This document shows positions 49,349 through 63,059 of a stretch of 64,000 nucleotides of DNA, piece after piece (positions within the stretch are counted from its first letter, which is position 1; each line of letters begins with the position of its first letter). The stretch lies in the NCBI GenBank assembly GCA_012295275.1, contig CM022668.1:9734001-9798000 (forward strand). Reading direction: 5' to 3'. Under the pieces are notes generated by a model. That model did not search any database. It saw nothing but the letters and a program-made list of their open reading frames with translations, and was not told where the DNA came from. The position numbers were made by a program, and so were the translations under genes. This DNA comes from Chrysomallon squamiferum (Eukaryota; Animalia; Mollusca).

Positions 49349-49456
49349 CTGTCTTCCAGAACCTTTCCTTGTGATTTTCCCTGTTTGGCCAGATGGTTTA
49401 TTCATGGAATTGAGATCTCGTGTCGCGATGTCAAATCACTTTCTGCAAAAAACTAG
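48329..49456 (+). CDS. small secreted cysteine-rich peptide, 84 aa, 3 exons
   Basis: Exons 48329-48383, 48792-48894 and 49360-49456, with donors GTATGT and GTAAGT, pyrimidine-rich CAG acceptors and matching phases (1, 2). Product: MNFVKTFSFCFLFSVVATVPVNPNKCQPQAYCFADPCVVSTSECRHIPGAVCKTFPCDFPCLARWFIHGIEISCRDVKSLSAKN. Confidence 0.85.
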
Positions 49457-49960
49457 TACCATCGCCTTCTTATGAGATTCACCAACAATGTATATTTAAA
49501 AAACAACAGTTGTATCCAATATTACAACAAAAGACAACAACAATTTGTAAATATTTGTATTCATTATTTTTAGATCAGTTGTCTTTTTTTTTAAATTATA
49601 ATATTTTTTAATTTTTTTTATCATATAAGGTTCTTGATGCAGTGATTAATTTTGTAATAAATTTTAATATATCCCTTTATTTTTTTTTATTCTGTTTCCC
49701 ATTTCACCATTTCTCTGTAGTTTATTTTTGTTCTGAATTGGTTTCAATGGATTTCATTCTTACATGCTACTCCAGAACAAAATCTATATGAGATGTTTTT
49801 ATCTCCAAAACTTAGCTATTTGTTATTACGTTTTTAATGTTAGTAAAGTATTTTAGTAATGAATTCATTAAAATAATGTTTTAATAATAATAGGAAGAAT
49901 ATTAGTATATTATTAATAATAAAAATAATAATATTAATAATTTCAATAATGAAAACAATA

Positions 49961-50010
<50 letters not shown>

Positions 50011-50210
50011 TTAAAAATGTAAAAAAAAAAAAAAAAAAGAAAAAAAACTCAGACAAAACAGTCTTCCAACCTTATATGTAATCAACCACTTATAAAAACA
50101 TTGTTTTTTTTTTTTTCAAAACAATTCCTTGAAATACAAATACGACAACCTGATTTTAATAAACATAATACAAAAAACACATCTCCATGGTAACACACAA
50201 CTAAACAATG

Positions 50211-53200
50211 TTAACTGTTTTCTTTCCCTTCTGTGGTTCCTTGTTTCACATGCTGATCTAAATAAGAGGACAGAGTCTGCTGATGTCTTCCTAGTAAAGT
50301 CCGTGTGCGAGATGCAGCACTATTTAAAACAACTACAAGTTCTCCATACAGGTTCTCTATGCCTGGTAACTTGGCACATTGGAGTAGTCCCTCTTTGGTC
50401 AGAAGATAGTTCTCAATAAGTCCCCCTGAAATATGTTACATGCCAGAAAATGAATTGTTAACTTTTACTGGGTTTTCAGTATATAAAAGGAACCGAAAAA
50501 TTGTTTTTTAATACCCAAGCCAAAAATAAATAATATTTTTTTAAGTAATATAAAAGAAATATATTTTAATATGTAAAATTAAAATGTATATTTAAACAAA
50601 ATAGTAAATAAAATTTAAATAAATAAATAAACAAAATTAAAAAATAAGGTATAAATACGTAATTACTTGAAGAAAGAAAGACCAATATGAGTAAATATAC
50701 AAAGAAACAAAAAAAAAAACACAAATAAGAAAAGAAAATTAATGAGAAAATAAATTTTTAAAACACAAAATGTAAGAAAATAATAAGAAAATAAATTTAA
50801 AAAATAAAAGTAAATAAATAAATTAATTAAAACAAATAAATTAAGAATAACAGAAATAAAAAGCTAAATAAAAATAAATAAAAAATAATAAAAGTAAATA
50901 AAATGAAATTAATTAATCTAAACTAACAAACAAACAAACAAATATATAAATAAACAAACAAACAAACAAATATATGAATAAACAAACAAACATACCAAGG
51001 ACATGAACTTCTCCGGAACGTCTTAGTATTTTCATCATATCTGCAACTTTCGGCTTCTCGCCGACAACGTAGATGTTGTTGCCATAAAACAGCGGAGACA
51101 TGTTCACCCACTTCGTATCATCAACAGCTCTCCTGTATATTTAAATAAGACAACTTCTGATTACGTTTTAATTAATTTTTGATACATTATTTGATATTTT
51201 AATATTAACATTTAATAATGTTTTAATTTTAATAGCTGTTGGAAATTTTATGAATGTAACAGATTTTAATTATATTTTAATTAATACATAATTTTCAATA
51301 ATATTAAATAACTGCTTTAATTTTAGCACTTCTGTATTTTAATTAATACTTAATATTTTTAATATGAAATTATTTGTTATTTTAATATTAACATTTAATA
51401 ACTGCTTTAACTACTGTCTAAATATAAAAAAAATAACAACTTTAAATTAGATTTTATTTAATATATAATTATTTAATTGTTACAGATCTAAATACAATGA
51501 TTGTTAATAAAGTTTTAATTAATATCTAACTTTTTAATAGTAATAATATATAAAGGATTAATTGTAACAGCTCTTCTAAATACAATATAACAATTTTTAA
51601 TAACATTTTAATTAAGATTAAATAAATGATATATTTGAAACATTATTATTTACATCAAAACATCTCATTTTAACCGCCGGATTTTAAAACTCAACAAATC
51701 AATAAGTTACATTGTACTTTAATTGATTAAATGTATAATTCAGAATACATATTTTTGGATTATCATTTTGTATTATCAAATTTGTGACTATCTCAAATTG
51801 TGTCACCTTATATTAGTTTAAATTTCAAATCAGCAATGTACACTGCAAATGTGTAATTAAAAATAAATATTTCTGGAATTTTCATTTTATTTTATCAAAC
51901 CCCTGACCACTTTCAAATTTACTCAAAAACATCACAGCATTTCAGATCGATAATTTATACTGAATATCATTTGATTGAACATATAATTCAATAGAAATAT
52001 TTTGAGAATTTATTGTTTGTTCAAATCAATAATTTATAAATCAGATGTTTAACTAAAAACAAATATTCCAGGAATTTTCGTCCTATTTTATCAAATCTGT
52101 GACTGTTTCTAGATTTGCTTTGAAATGATTCATCTCATCGTAGTGTTATAAAAATATTTCAAATCAATAATTTGTACAGCTAAAATGTATAACTAAAATA
52201 AATATTCTAGGAATGTTTTGGTTATTTTATCATATCTGTGACTGTTTCTAGATTTGCCCACCTCATCAGTGTGTTATTAAAACACTTCAAGTCCATCCCT
52301 TTCTTCAAGAGTTTGTTCTTCAAAACCTTCATTTCCTCAGTTTTTATCGGCAACATCTGACAGGCTATGATCATACTGTTTGTTTCAAACATTCGCTTAC
52401 ATCGCCTGAACATATATTCTTCATACTGATTCACCTTTTAATTAAAACAATATGAATATCATTGGTAAAATAAAAAATTATTATTATTTTACTTTTTTTA
52501 AAAACATCGAGATTTAGAGCCATAATAGAATCAACAGTCATTATACAAATATATATATATAAATTATTATTATTATTAATAATAACCAATAATAATAATA
52601 ACAATAATGAGGAGAAAGATAGCAAAAAGTACCCCAAAAATGAAATAAAATAGTAATAATAAAAAATAATATAAAATAAAATTAATTGTAAAAAAAAAAC
52701 TTAAGAAATTAACTAAATTAGTAAATCTACTAATGTACATTATTAAATTTTTTATTTACTTATTTATCTATTTCTATTATTTTTATTCATTTATAAAATT
52801 ATACATTTTTACTGGCTCTTGTCGATTCTCAAAACACCATTTTTTAACATTTTTCTTGAAATTTAAGGATACCAAAGAACGTATATTTGCTGAAATTGAA
52901 ATGCTGGGTGCCTGTGTGGGTCAGATGTAATTAAACACACCTCTGTTCGGGTACTAATTGCTTTCAGTCGTCTCTCTGCACATATTTCCGATGGTTTGCG
53001 CAGCTTGACAGTTAGCAGTGGTTCTGTCAATGCTTCAAACGTTCTACGTTCTACTGTTCCTTTTCGTGGTTTTTGAATGTTTATTTTACCCCCATGTCGA
53101 ACCTGCATGAACCGAGGAACAAATAACAAGCCTGAAAAAAAAATGAAAAAAAAAAAGATTATTTAATCTTAAACTGTTCAGTAAAAATTACTGTATCATT

Positions 53201-53274
53201 TTAAAAATAATAAAGGAAAGAAAGAAAGAAAGAAAGCTGAATATTAGTTTTGTTAGACATCATTTCATCAATTA

Positions 53275-53306
<32 letters not shown>

Positions 53307-54059
53307 GATAGAATAGAAGAGATATACATATATTACAAACATACACATTTATACAAACAGATCTATATGGATATATATATATGGATATATATATCCATAT
53401 CATAGATAGATATGTTTGTATATATATATAGACAGATAGACAGGTAGACAGATAGACAGATATAGACATATATACATACACACAGATGATTTCTAGTATA
53501 AAGTTTTAAATGATTAAATATATCATTTAAGACTAACTCATGCATTGAAGTAATGCAACTAATGTTACTTTTGTATGCTAAAGTAGAAAAAAGTATATAC
53601 TACAGTCTACACTACTGTCACTGTGTCAGTGTCAGATAGTACTGTTCACCTGTTGTACAATAATTTTAAATTAAACTTTTCGAATTTATAGCCAAATATC
53701 TTCACCAATGTGAATATCTTAGAAGATCGCTACTTAGAAAACCAATGTCATGTATTTTGAGACGGTTACTGTCACCAGCGAGAACTCGCACTAATTACTA
53801 CTAGTACTGCTATTCAGCATACTCGTGATTCTGTGCTAGTACTAGTAGTATTTACAACTTGATCAAAACGTGACAGAATATTTAAACGTTTTTTGCAGAA
53901 TGACCTTATTTATTAAATATTAAAATAACTCTGGTTCTATTCACTTGAACTGTTAAACCCAACATTACGCTTTGGTATTTTTTCATGCACTAATTTTCGT
54001 ATATACTTAGTTTACATCGTAAAAATCAAATCAAAATAACCTTTCCTGAAGGTGGCCAT
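50211..54059 (-). CDS. MRPL10: mitochondrial ribosomal protein L10 (uL10m), 5 coding exons
   Basis: Exons 54041-54059 (MATFRK), 52941-53131 (QVRHGGKINIQKPR), 52262-52434 (..FNNTLMR), 50996-51132 (KWVNMSPLFYGNN) and 50211-50425 (GGLIENYLLTKEGLLQCAKLPGIENLYGELV). Phases are consistent and the motifs match metazoan MRPL10. Confidence 0.88.
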
Positions 54060-55532
54060 GTTGAAGCGGAATCTGGTACGGATGTCGTTATTTTATTTAC
54101 TGTTTATATATGTAACTAAAATTAAATAACCATTTTCAAATGTCTCTTCTACGAAAATTCAAACTAATATCAAAACATAATTTTAACATTTTTATTAAAA
54201 GTCGTAAAAATCAAAACTATATTCCAAGGGACAAACATCGTTTAATGTTAATTCAACACATCTAAATTGCAAAGATTAAAAACGTTGTTGTTAAATAGTA
54301 AATACACATATAAAAGCTCTTTGACAAGAGCTTCTTATTTCATATAAATGTACAGACATGGTGACAATATTCATAATTATCTAAAGCTTTTTTATATTTA
54401 TTACTTTCGTCGTCGTCGTCGACATCATCATCAATGTCATCATCATCATTATCATCATTATTATTATTACATATTGTTGTGGCAGGTGTTGATTTTGCTG
54501 TTATTTTATTATGTATTCGAATGATAATTACAAGCACAGCAAACTGTGATATCCCTTGTCTTTTTCCTTCTAACTTTTCTTCATCTCCCCCCCACCCCAC
54601 CCTTGGTATAACACAGGAAAATGATGTTACTATATAAACAGACTGAGCAATAATTAATAAATCAACAACACATGTAAAATAGAAAAACACAAACAAACAA
54701 ATGGTATTTCCAGAATAATTTATTATATCAATTACATTGTAAATAAACCTGATATTTTCGTTTATTAAAAGCCCATTTTATTTTATTAATTAGTAAATAA
54801 AAGAAAAAGAAAAGAAAGAAAAGGAAATAAATAGATGAATATGCATATAATATATAATAATTATTATTATATAATAAATAAATAAACATAATTAAATTAA
54901 TTAAATAAAAATAAAACAAATTAGTATTGTCAGTGTGCTTAATTTCAAATTTTCTTCTATATATTTAATGTATGTTTGTGTTTGTGTATGCATGTGTGTA
55001 ATATATATATATATATATATATAGATAGATATAGATAGATATAGATATGTATATGTATCTCTTTATTCATTCTTTCTTTTTATTGAAACCACGAAATAAA
55101 AAGAAAGAAAAGGGAAATAGAAGAAATAAATATCTGTTTTAATTAATGAAAATTAGTAAAATTAAAATCATTTAACAAACAAAAATTCAGAATTAACAGA
55201 AATGATCAGTTTAATTAGTAAAAATAAAAATTAAAAAATTAAAAGATAATAAAAACAGCAAAATAACTGGTTTATCTAATATCAAATTTAAATTAATAAA
55301 AATTAATATGGATTAGCATAATAAAACTTAAAACAAAAACAAAGCAAAATTAGTTTTTATGTGTTTGGTCTATAAAATAAAATAAAATAAAATATAAACA
55401 AAAAGTAATTGTTTCATTTAATCAGATTAAAAATAACTGATTTAAATCGATTAACTAACAAAACAAATTAAAAAGTAACTGGTTTATTTTTAAAAAGTTA
55501 CAAATCACTGGGGGTTTTTTTGGGCTTTTGGG

Positions 55533-55586
<54 letters not shown>

Positions 55587-55730
55587 CTTTTGTGTGTGTA
55601 GAAATGTGTGTGTGTGTGTGTTTAATGTTGTGACTTTTTTTACTTAAAAATTAAAAATAACTCGTATTTAATTTAATATTACAAATAACTGTTGTCATCA
55701 TTAATGAAAATTACAGTTTATTGGTTTTAA

Positions 55731-56387
55731 CTAGTCAAAACGAATGACGTCATATCCGCCGATGACGTAATACGTCCACGACACAGAGTGGAGAAGTAGC
55801 AGCCAGACCAGTGCTGGTGACAACGTGACCGCCGTGTTCGTAACGTGTTCTACAGCAGCTACTGGGCAGTCTCGTTTTGATGGCTTTAAACCGCAGCGTA
55901 CAGAGGTGATTTTGAAAAATCTCTCTAGATAACCTGTCATAATAATAAAAAACATCATCATCAGCAGCAACTACAACAAAACCACCATCACCGAAAACAG
56001 CGACGACGACAACAACGATAATAATAATAACAGTGATGATGATAATAACAAGATATACACTCGTGTACACACACACAAACACATACACACTTACGCACAT
56101 AAACATATACATACATCTATTTTATTCATTTATTTATTTAAATTATTTTTATTTTCAGGAAAGAAAAAATTATATAAGCAGAGGTGGTTTAAATATTAGC
56201 TACTGCATGACGGAGGAAAAGAAATACATTTTGTACCAAGTTTGAAGATGCTGCCAACGTCGGTTTCATTACACGTCATTGGAACGCACAACCCCCAGCT
56301 GACAGCGTTCCCTTGTTTTACTGAACTCTGTAAATGAGAAATCCTCAACATCATAAACATTGCCATCGTCGTATCATATGTCTTCAT

Positions 56388-56441
<54 letters not shown>

Positions 56442-56456
56442 TTTAATTTTTAATTA

Positions 56457-56504
<48 letters not shown>

Positions 56505-56993
56505 GTAATCATCATCATCGTCATCATTATTATTACATCCATTGCTATTTTTATTGCCATTTTTATTATAAGGTAGAGTTTTAACATGTTATTTTTTGCA
56601 GACGAATATATAGACATTAAATTGAGACTCAACAAATTATAGGTTTATTTATTTATTTATTTATTTTTTAAGTGGTTTCGCTATTTATATCCGTAAAATA
56701 TGAACTTTAGCGAATTGTATTATTTACCAAACCAAACAGTTCTCGAATGCCAACGGGAACCGAGAATGTGACATTGCAGAAGTCAGTTCTGAAGCTGACG
56801 TTATCCTCGAGTGACGTATTTCCGGCGAGAATGGTTCCGGCAGGAAGTGATACGTCAACAGTTCGACATCGTTTTGATAGCGAATTCATTTTGTCAATGT
56901 CGTCTCCCAGCAGACCAGACGAAAATAACACTGCAAATGAATAATGTTAATTATTGGAAAGACAAATGCATTGTAAAATGTATGCAACAACAA

Positions 56994-57037
<44 letters not shown>

Positions 57038-57429
57038 ACAGCACAAACAACAAAGACAAAAACAAAACAAACAAAGAAAATAAATTTACAAATATTTTTT
57101 ATTTATGTACTTAAAAAGGTACTAAATACATTAATATATTTTATTATTTACAGTACTGCTATTTTGTTCAGTATATTGTGCTGTCTTTTTTTGTGTATGT
57201 GTGTGTGTGTGTCTGTGTGGATGTATTTAGGTATTTGCGCAAATACGAATGTATATGTGTGTATGTCTGCATCTGTATATGTAGTTATCTATATATAAAT
57301 CATATATATAAATGTTTACTTCTTCTTTATGAAGTCATGAAAAACGAGGTCAGATGTTGACATTTAGACAACACTCTACTCCTGTGTTCAAAGTTTCTTT
57401 TCTGATAATAAAAGTGTCCATCATTTTAT

Positions 57430-57461
<32 letters not shown>

Positions 57462-58430
57462 TTACCAGTACTATTACCACTACTACTGCCACTACTACTA
57501 CTACTACTACTACTACTATTACGACTACTATTACTACTACTACTAGTGCTACTACTACTGCTATTACGACTACTATTACTACTACTACTACTGCTGCTGC
57601 TACTACTACTATTGCTATTATGACTACTGCTACTACTACTACTATTATTATTATTATTATTATTAAACAAATAAACAAATGGATGAATGGATGAATAAAT
57701 GAACGGAAATAAAATAAAACATTTACACTCACATACAAACCTACGAGCATGTTATAATACACACAGACAGACATGTATCTAGTGAAACAAACATACTTTT
57801 GTTTGCCCACGGAATCACTGTCCAGTTCAGATGGAAATTACTGTCTTCGTTCTCAGCCGGTTCGTCGCCTTTCAGACTATCCAGATAGATCATCGCGTGA
57901 CTGTAGCATTCGTCGGTCAAGGCCACGTTATAATTTAAAGGGAGAAAACTCCTGACGCTAGTCAGCCTCAGAAGACGAAGAACAAGACGGACGTAATTGA
58001 GTTTAGGAAAAAATCTTTCAGTGAAAAGTCTGTCGTAGTTTTCGTCTCCTGGTTTCAGATGATTCGCCATGATGTGGCTGCCGATGTCCGTAACGTTGAC
58101 GCTGTCGATTTCGTCTTTGACGACGACCATCGCTTGTTGAAACAGCGGCTTCGTCAGCAGCGCTGGAAGGACGTCCAAGGCAAAATTGAGCAAACCTTTA
58201 CCGATGTTGCTGCCGAGGAAATTCCCCGCCGTGTCTGACGTCGTCAGTAGCAGGAACGTCTTTTCGATTCTGGCGAACAGGTCTGGATGCGACATGAGAA
58301 AGTCTGCAACAAACAGAGCTTTGTCTCTCAGAGGCATTTTGTCGATCGTGTACGATTGGTTTAGATCCACTTGGCACCATACTGTGGTTAGTAAGACACT
58401 CAAAATCACTGTTGTGCATAACAGCGACAT
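55731..58430 (-). CDS. secreted or membrane-anchored protein with an NRF (NRF-6 N-terminal) domain and no acyltransferase domain, 376 aa
   Basis: Exons 57797-58430 (signal peptide MSLLCTTVILSVLLTTVWC; ..DECYSHAMIYLDSL..WANK), 56728-56930 (MLFSSG..C..FRTDFCNV), 56237-56327 (SWGLCVPMTCNETDV) and 55731-55933 (..SVRC.., hydrophobic tail, stop). The Cys/Trp pattern fits the NRF domain. Confidence 0.75.
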
Positions 58431-59924
58431 CTCTGTTAGGCTTGCTGCATCTAACTGCACTAAACTGTCCTATAGAGTAAGTTTTTATCTTATAGATTAG
58501 TTGGTAGGTGTTGTTTTTTTAAAGGTATAACTTGCATATTAAATATTTCAGCGCTAAATGCTGTATTAGTTTTCATCGATTATTTCATATAAAGTTTATA
58601 AATCGTATTATATTTACATTGTAACGAAAGTTATTAGTTTATAAGAGAAAGTATATATATATATATATAAAACGTGTACTTTCGTTGTTTGTTTTTACCC
58701 TTTTCATTCGTTCTTTTCTTCTTCTTCTTCTTCTTCTTCTTCTTCTTTTAAACCAGTAACATTATCATTGCCAGACCTTTTGCTTGCTGTACCTTTAGCC
58801 ATTTATCATTTTCTCGTTCTTTTGTCAGTAAAGCTATCAACATCTATCTCGTAACATAGTTGTGTAACTGTTTGTTAAATGTTTCACAGGCAAGCTCTGA
58901 CAATATGTTTTTGGGTCGTAAATGTAATTTATTTGTTTATAAATAATCACCATGTTTTATTAAATAATGGACCGTTGTTAATGTGTGAAACTAGACTTGG
59001 TAAACTACTGCAACTGTTTTGAAATACATTTTTTTTTTAGAGGAATTCTGTTCTAGAGGAATATTATATTATATTATATTATATTATATTATATTATATT
59101 ATATTATATTATATTATAATACATTACATTACATTTTATTTTATTTTATTTTATTTTATTTTATTTTATTTTATTTATTTATATGTAAATACATATGTAA
59201 ATAAATCGAGTTAAAGAAATTAGAGAGACAAACACACACACAGACAACACACAAACAAACAAAAATACACACACACACAACACACACATACATACGTACA
59301 TAGATTTCCAGACAGACATACAGACAGAGAGATCTTTTCCTGTAGTATATATTAAGACTAGCTGAAGTCATCACCGTAACACATTTAAATGAAAAATAAT
59401 TTTGAACGATCTCCAATTATTTGTTTTCTAAAAATCGGGAAATTGAATATTTTGTTTACAAAAAGTACTACTACTACTACTACTACTACTACTAATAATA
59501 ATAATAAAAAAAATACAATGTCATAATAACGAGGACAAACGTGACACTTAGACAATGCACTCCACTCCAATGATCAGGTCTTCTGTTCTGATATCACAAG
59601 TGTCTATCACTGCTCTATTGTTATTTTTAATCATTATAATCATTATTATTATATTTATTATTATTATTAGTAGTAGTAGTAGTATTCCGTACGAACGTTA
59701 CAGATAGCAGTGTAACGCAGTATATTACATGGCAGATAACAGATAATAACTACGTAAAACAGGGTACAGACCTGTCTAGAAAATAGAACATATTGGTTTC
59801 ACGTGAACGTTCAAGATTACTGGTTGTATTAACCTAAATAAAAGATTGGTCTGGGTCGGTGGAAAACAGATATATCATATAGGTACCAACCAATAAGTGT
59901 TGAATATTCATTACACAAAACCTA

Positions 59925-60006
59925 TGCTGACGTCACGGGGACGTGCAAGGGCGATACCAGTGCATTGTGGGAAGGGCCGGCGCCAGACTGTCTAGTCAAG
60001 GTTAGA
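59925..60006 (+). promoter_or_regulatory. candidate promoter and first non-coding exon of Hyccin, divergent from the NRF-domain gene
   Basis: CRE palindrome TGACGTCA (about 59928-59935), ZNF143/Staf-like TGCATTGTGGGAA (about 59961-59973), a GC-rich patch, and donor AAG|GTTAGA at 60000/60001. Confidence 0.55.
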
Positions 60007-61730
60007 TTCTGGCACCCCTAGGAAATATATCTGTTTCAAAATTTATAAAACAATTTATAACTTTTATTTTCAACATCCCGTAAGATCTCTAGAGACAATT
60101 TTTTTTTTTTTTTTTTTTTTTGTCACGGACATTTGAATACCACCACCCCCCATTTCGCTTCTTGTTTGATGTGCATGAAAATGATCTCGTGCATATATGC
60201 TTAATAAAATTCTAGTGTATGTGGTATTTATAATGTTGCATTATTATTGATCGTAAATTTTTTTGTTGAATATATTCGTAAGATGACTGGCCTTTATTTA
60301 TGCACTGTGCTATAAAGTCGTTCTTTGTCCAAATAATTTCTGTAACTGGTTGTCTTACAAGCAGTATACTATTGAAAAACCAATTTACGACAATGTTCAT
60401 TATACTGGTATAAATTTAAGTTACGCTTCAATATTGCTAATTGATTGAAAAGGTTGTTTACCAGTTTATGTTTTACAGGTGCTCGATTTCATATCTGTAA
60501 TATTTTGTGCAGGTAATATTTCAAAATACTACTAAAATATAAACAAATCATTATGTTACATAGCAAAGCCGAATATATCTTTATCGTTCTAAAATATAAA
60601 CATGGTAAAATGAGAAGGTCAATCGGTCAGTGTATTGCTTTAAAGTTGATTTGCAGGTTCAATAAAGTATTCACCATGACTTTGGCAGGGGAGTAAAATT
60701 AGTAAGGGTTGTTAAATCAGTAAATACTGTTGTTTCCCTTTGCAGTAATGTATGAATACTTCGAATATTGATAGAGTTGTATTTTTTCCATGACTAATTT
60801 TGACGTATTCAGTGAATGAAATGTGTTTGTTTATGTTTTTGAAAACGTTAACAAATTCCACAGGAGGTTCTTTTTAAAATAATTGCTTTTCATTTCTGGC
60901 ATAGTAGAATATTATTTAATATATTTATGTATATATAAAAATATCTTGTAATATAAATTTTAATTTTTCGGGGATTTTAAAACAAGATTGTTTTTGTTCA
61001 TCAAAATAAAGGCAAATATTTCTTTCAAGTGATAAGCCAAATGTCAGTTTTTATACTGACTTAGCTGAAACTTCCTCCTTTTTGTTGTTGGCTTATAAAC
61101 ACCAACCACTCATTAAATATATTACTTAAAATTATGGACAATTTCAAAAATAATGGGCAAACTTAAATGTTATTACTTTTGCATATTTACTTCAAAACAG
61201 TTTTTTTATTTTATGTATTCATTGACTGGAGTTATATTCTAATTTCATTGTTAATATAATGTGTAAATATTTATTTTTAAATTTCATGAAATAAAAAGTA
61301 TGATAATAATTTACATATAGCTATAAAAACTAGCATATAATAAATTTATATATTTATTTGCTGTTTATTATTTTCCTGTTTTCAAAATTAGTTTTATAAT
61401 CACCAGTTTCAAAATATAATTTTAACCAAAAAAAAAAAAAAAAAAAATAATAATAATAAAAAACAAAACAATTACCATAACATAATTTTTTATGTTTTAT
61501 AACCATGTCAGTTTAAAAAAAATAATATTCTAGGTTTATTGTTTATATAATCATAAATAAAATACATACATGAATGTAGTCAAATGTAATAAAAAAATAT
61601 ACATGTAATATAAGTTTGTGAAACTGTACTGTAAATATATTTCTCTTTCAACTGTGAAATATCTATGAATAGCTGTACTTTGAGTTTATTACACAGATAT
61701 GTTGGTGTGTTTGGTCTCCTGATAACCAAG

Positions 61731-61782
61731 ATGCATCAGGCTGTAAAGGAGTGGCTCACTGAATACAAGGTCTGACATAGAT

Positions 61783-61864
<82 letters not shown>

Positions 61865-62214
61865 TATATAGATATATAAATATGTATATAGATATAAATG
61901 TATATGTATATGAAATAATCTCACACATCAGAACGTTTACATACATAAACATACACACACACATTTAAATGACAGGGTTATGGATAGGTAACAGATAGAG
62001 ATATATATATAAATCATCATTCTGTATGTCTGTCTAATTTTGTATCTGTGATATGAAATGATAAAAAAAATGTAACAGTTTTTTTTTTTTTTTTTTTTTT
62101 TTTTTTCAGACTTTAACTGAAGATGAAATTCTAGCTTTCTCTCAGATGATTTGGCAAAATAAAGAGCTTACTGATGCTTTGTATAAACTCTTTGAGGGAA
62201 AACCAACAGTTGAG
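61731..62214 (+). CDS. FAM126A: Hyccin/FAM126 (PI4KIIIalpha complex subunit), first two coding exons; continues beyond the window
   Basis: 61731-61769 MHQAVKEWLTEYK and 62110-62214 TLTEDEILAFSQMIWQNKELTDALYKLFEGKPTVE align to the Hyccin N-terminus (VVEEWLSEFK-TLPE...LVSSLYKVI) as I recall it. The vertebrate A/B paralog assignment is not meaningful here. Confidence 0.75.
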
Positions 62215-62329
62215 GTAATTAAAACCAAAATATGTATATTTTATAATTTAACTATGATTTCTTAAAATTATATCATGTACTGTTGGCAGACCAACAACTG
62301 AGTTAAAAAAAAATATATATCTATATCTA

Positions 62330-62364
<35 letters not shown>

Positions 62365-62693
62365 ATATGTATATAATATATACATATTTTATTTTTTTAT
62401 TTTGAAGTATTATAGAATGAAAAGTTATCTGTTTTATGGGTTCATTGTTTATAAACTCTGTCATGTTACACCAAGTGACACGACTAAAATACTTAAATAT
62501 TTACATACCACCTGTTCTCATAATTTGTTTTATAATCACCATAATCAAAATATAATTTAACAAAAACTTTTTTTTTTTTTATATCATGTTAACTGTTCAC
62601 ATAAGAATAAACTTTATTATATATTTACATAAAAATTGTATTTTCGTTTAAGTTGTTTTAATTAAAAATATATTTCACAACCAAATGCTCTTT

Positions 62694-62730
<37 letters not shown>

Positions 62731-63059
62731 ATTTACCTGAATATGATATAGTTGGTATATTTTGTTTCATATCAAAATTCACTTAAATATATACCATATA
62801 TATACATTGCTTCTATCCAAATTTATGTCTTTGTAATTAATACATTTACAGCAAATTATAATTTATTTAATTTTTTTTTAATTAGGATGACAGTACTCCT
62901 TTGAGGTGTTTAAAAAATACAGGGTGTGGGCTGTAAATTTATGTATTTATATATTCATAAATCTTCAATACATAACTAATTGTCATTGTATAACAGTTTA
63001 AAGTTTATCATAGAAAAAATAAAAATAAAATAAAAATGATGTTTCAGAACAGCTGATTA

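Noticed and set aside
53796-53850. Perfect 13-bp inverted repeat TACTACTAGTACT / AGTACTAGTAGTA in MRPL10 intron 1
   Set aside because: The arms are low-complexity (TAC)n/(GTA)n derivatives, common in this sequence.
57350-57425. MMDTF...ECCLNV segment resembling an extra NRF exon
   Set aside because: No usable acceptor after the microsatellite and an in-frame stop follows; the gene splices in phase without it.
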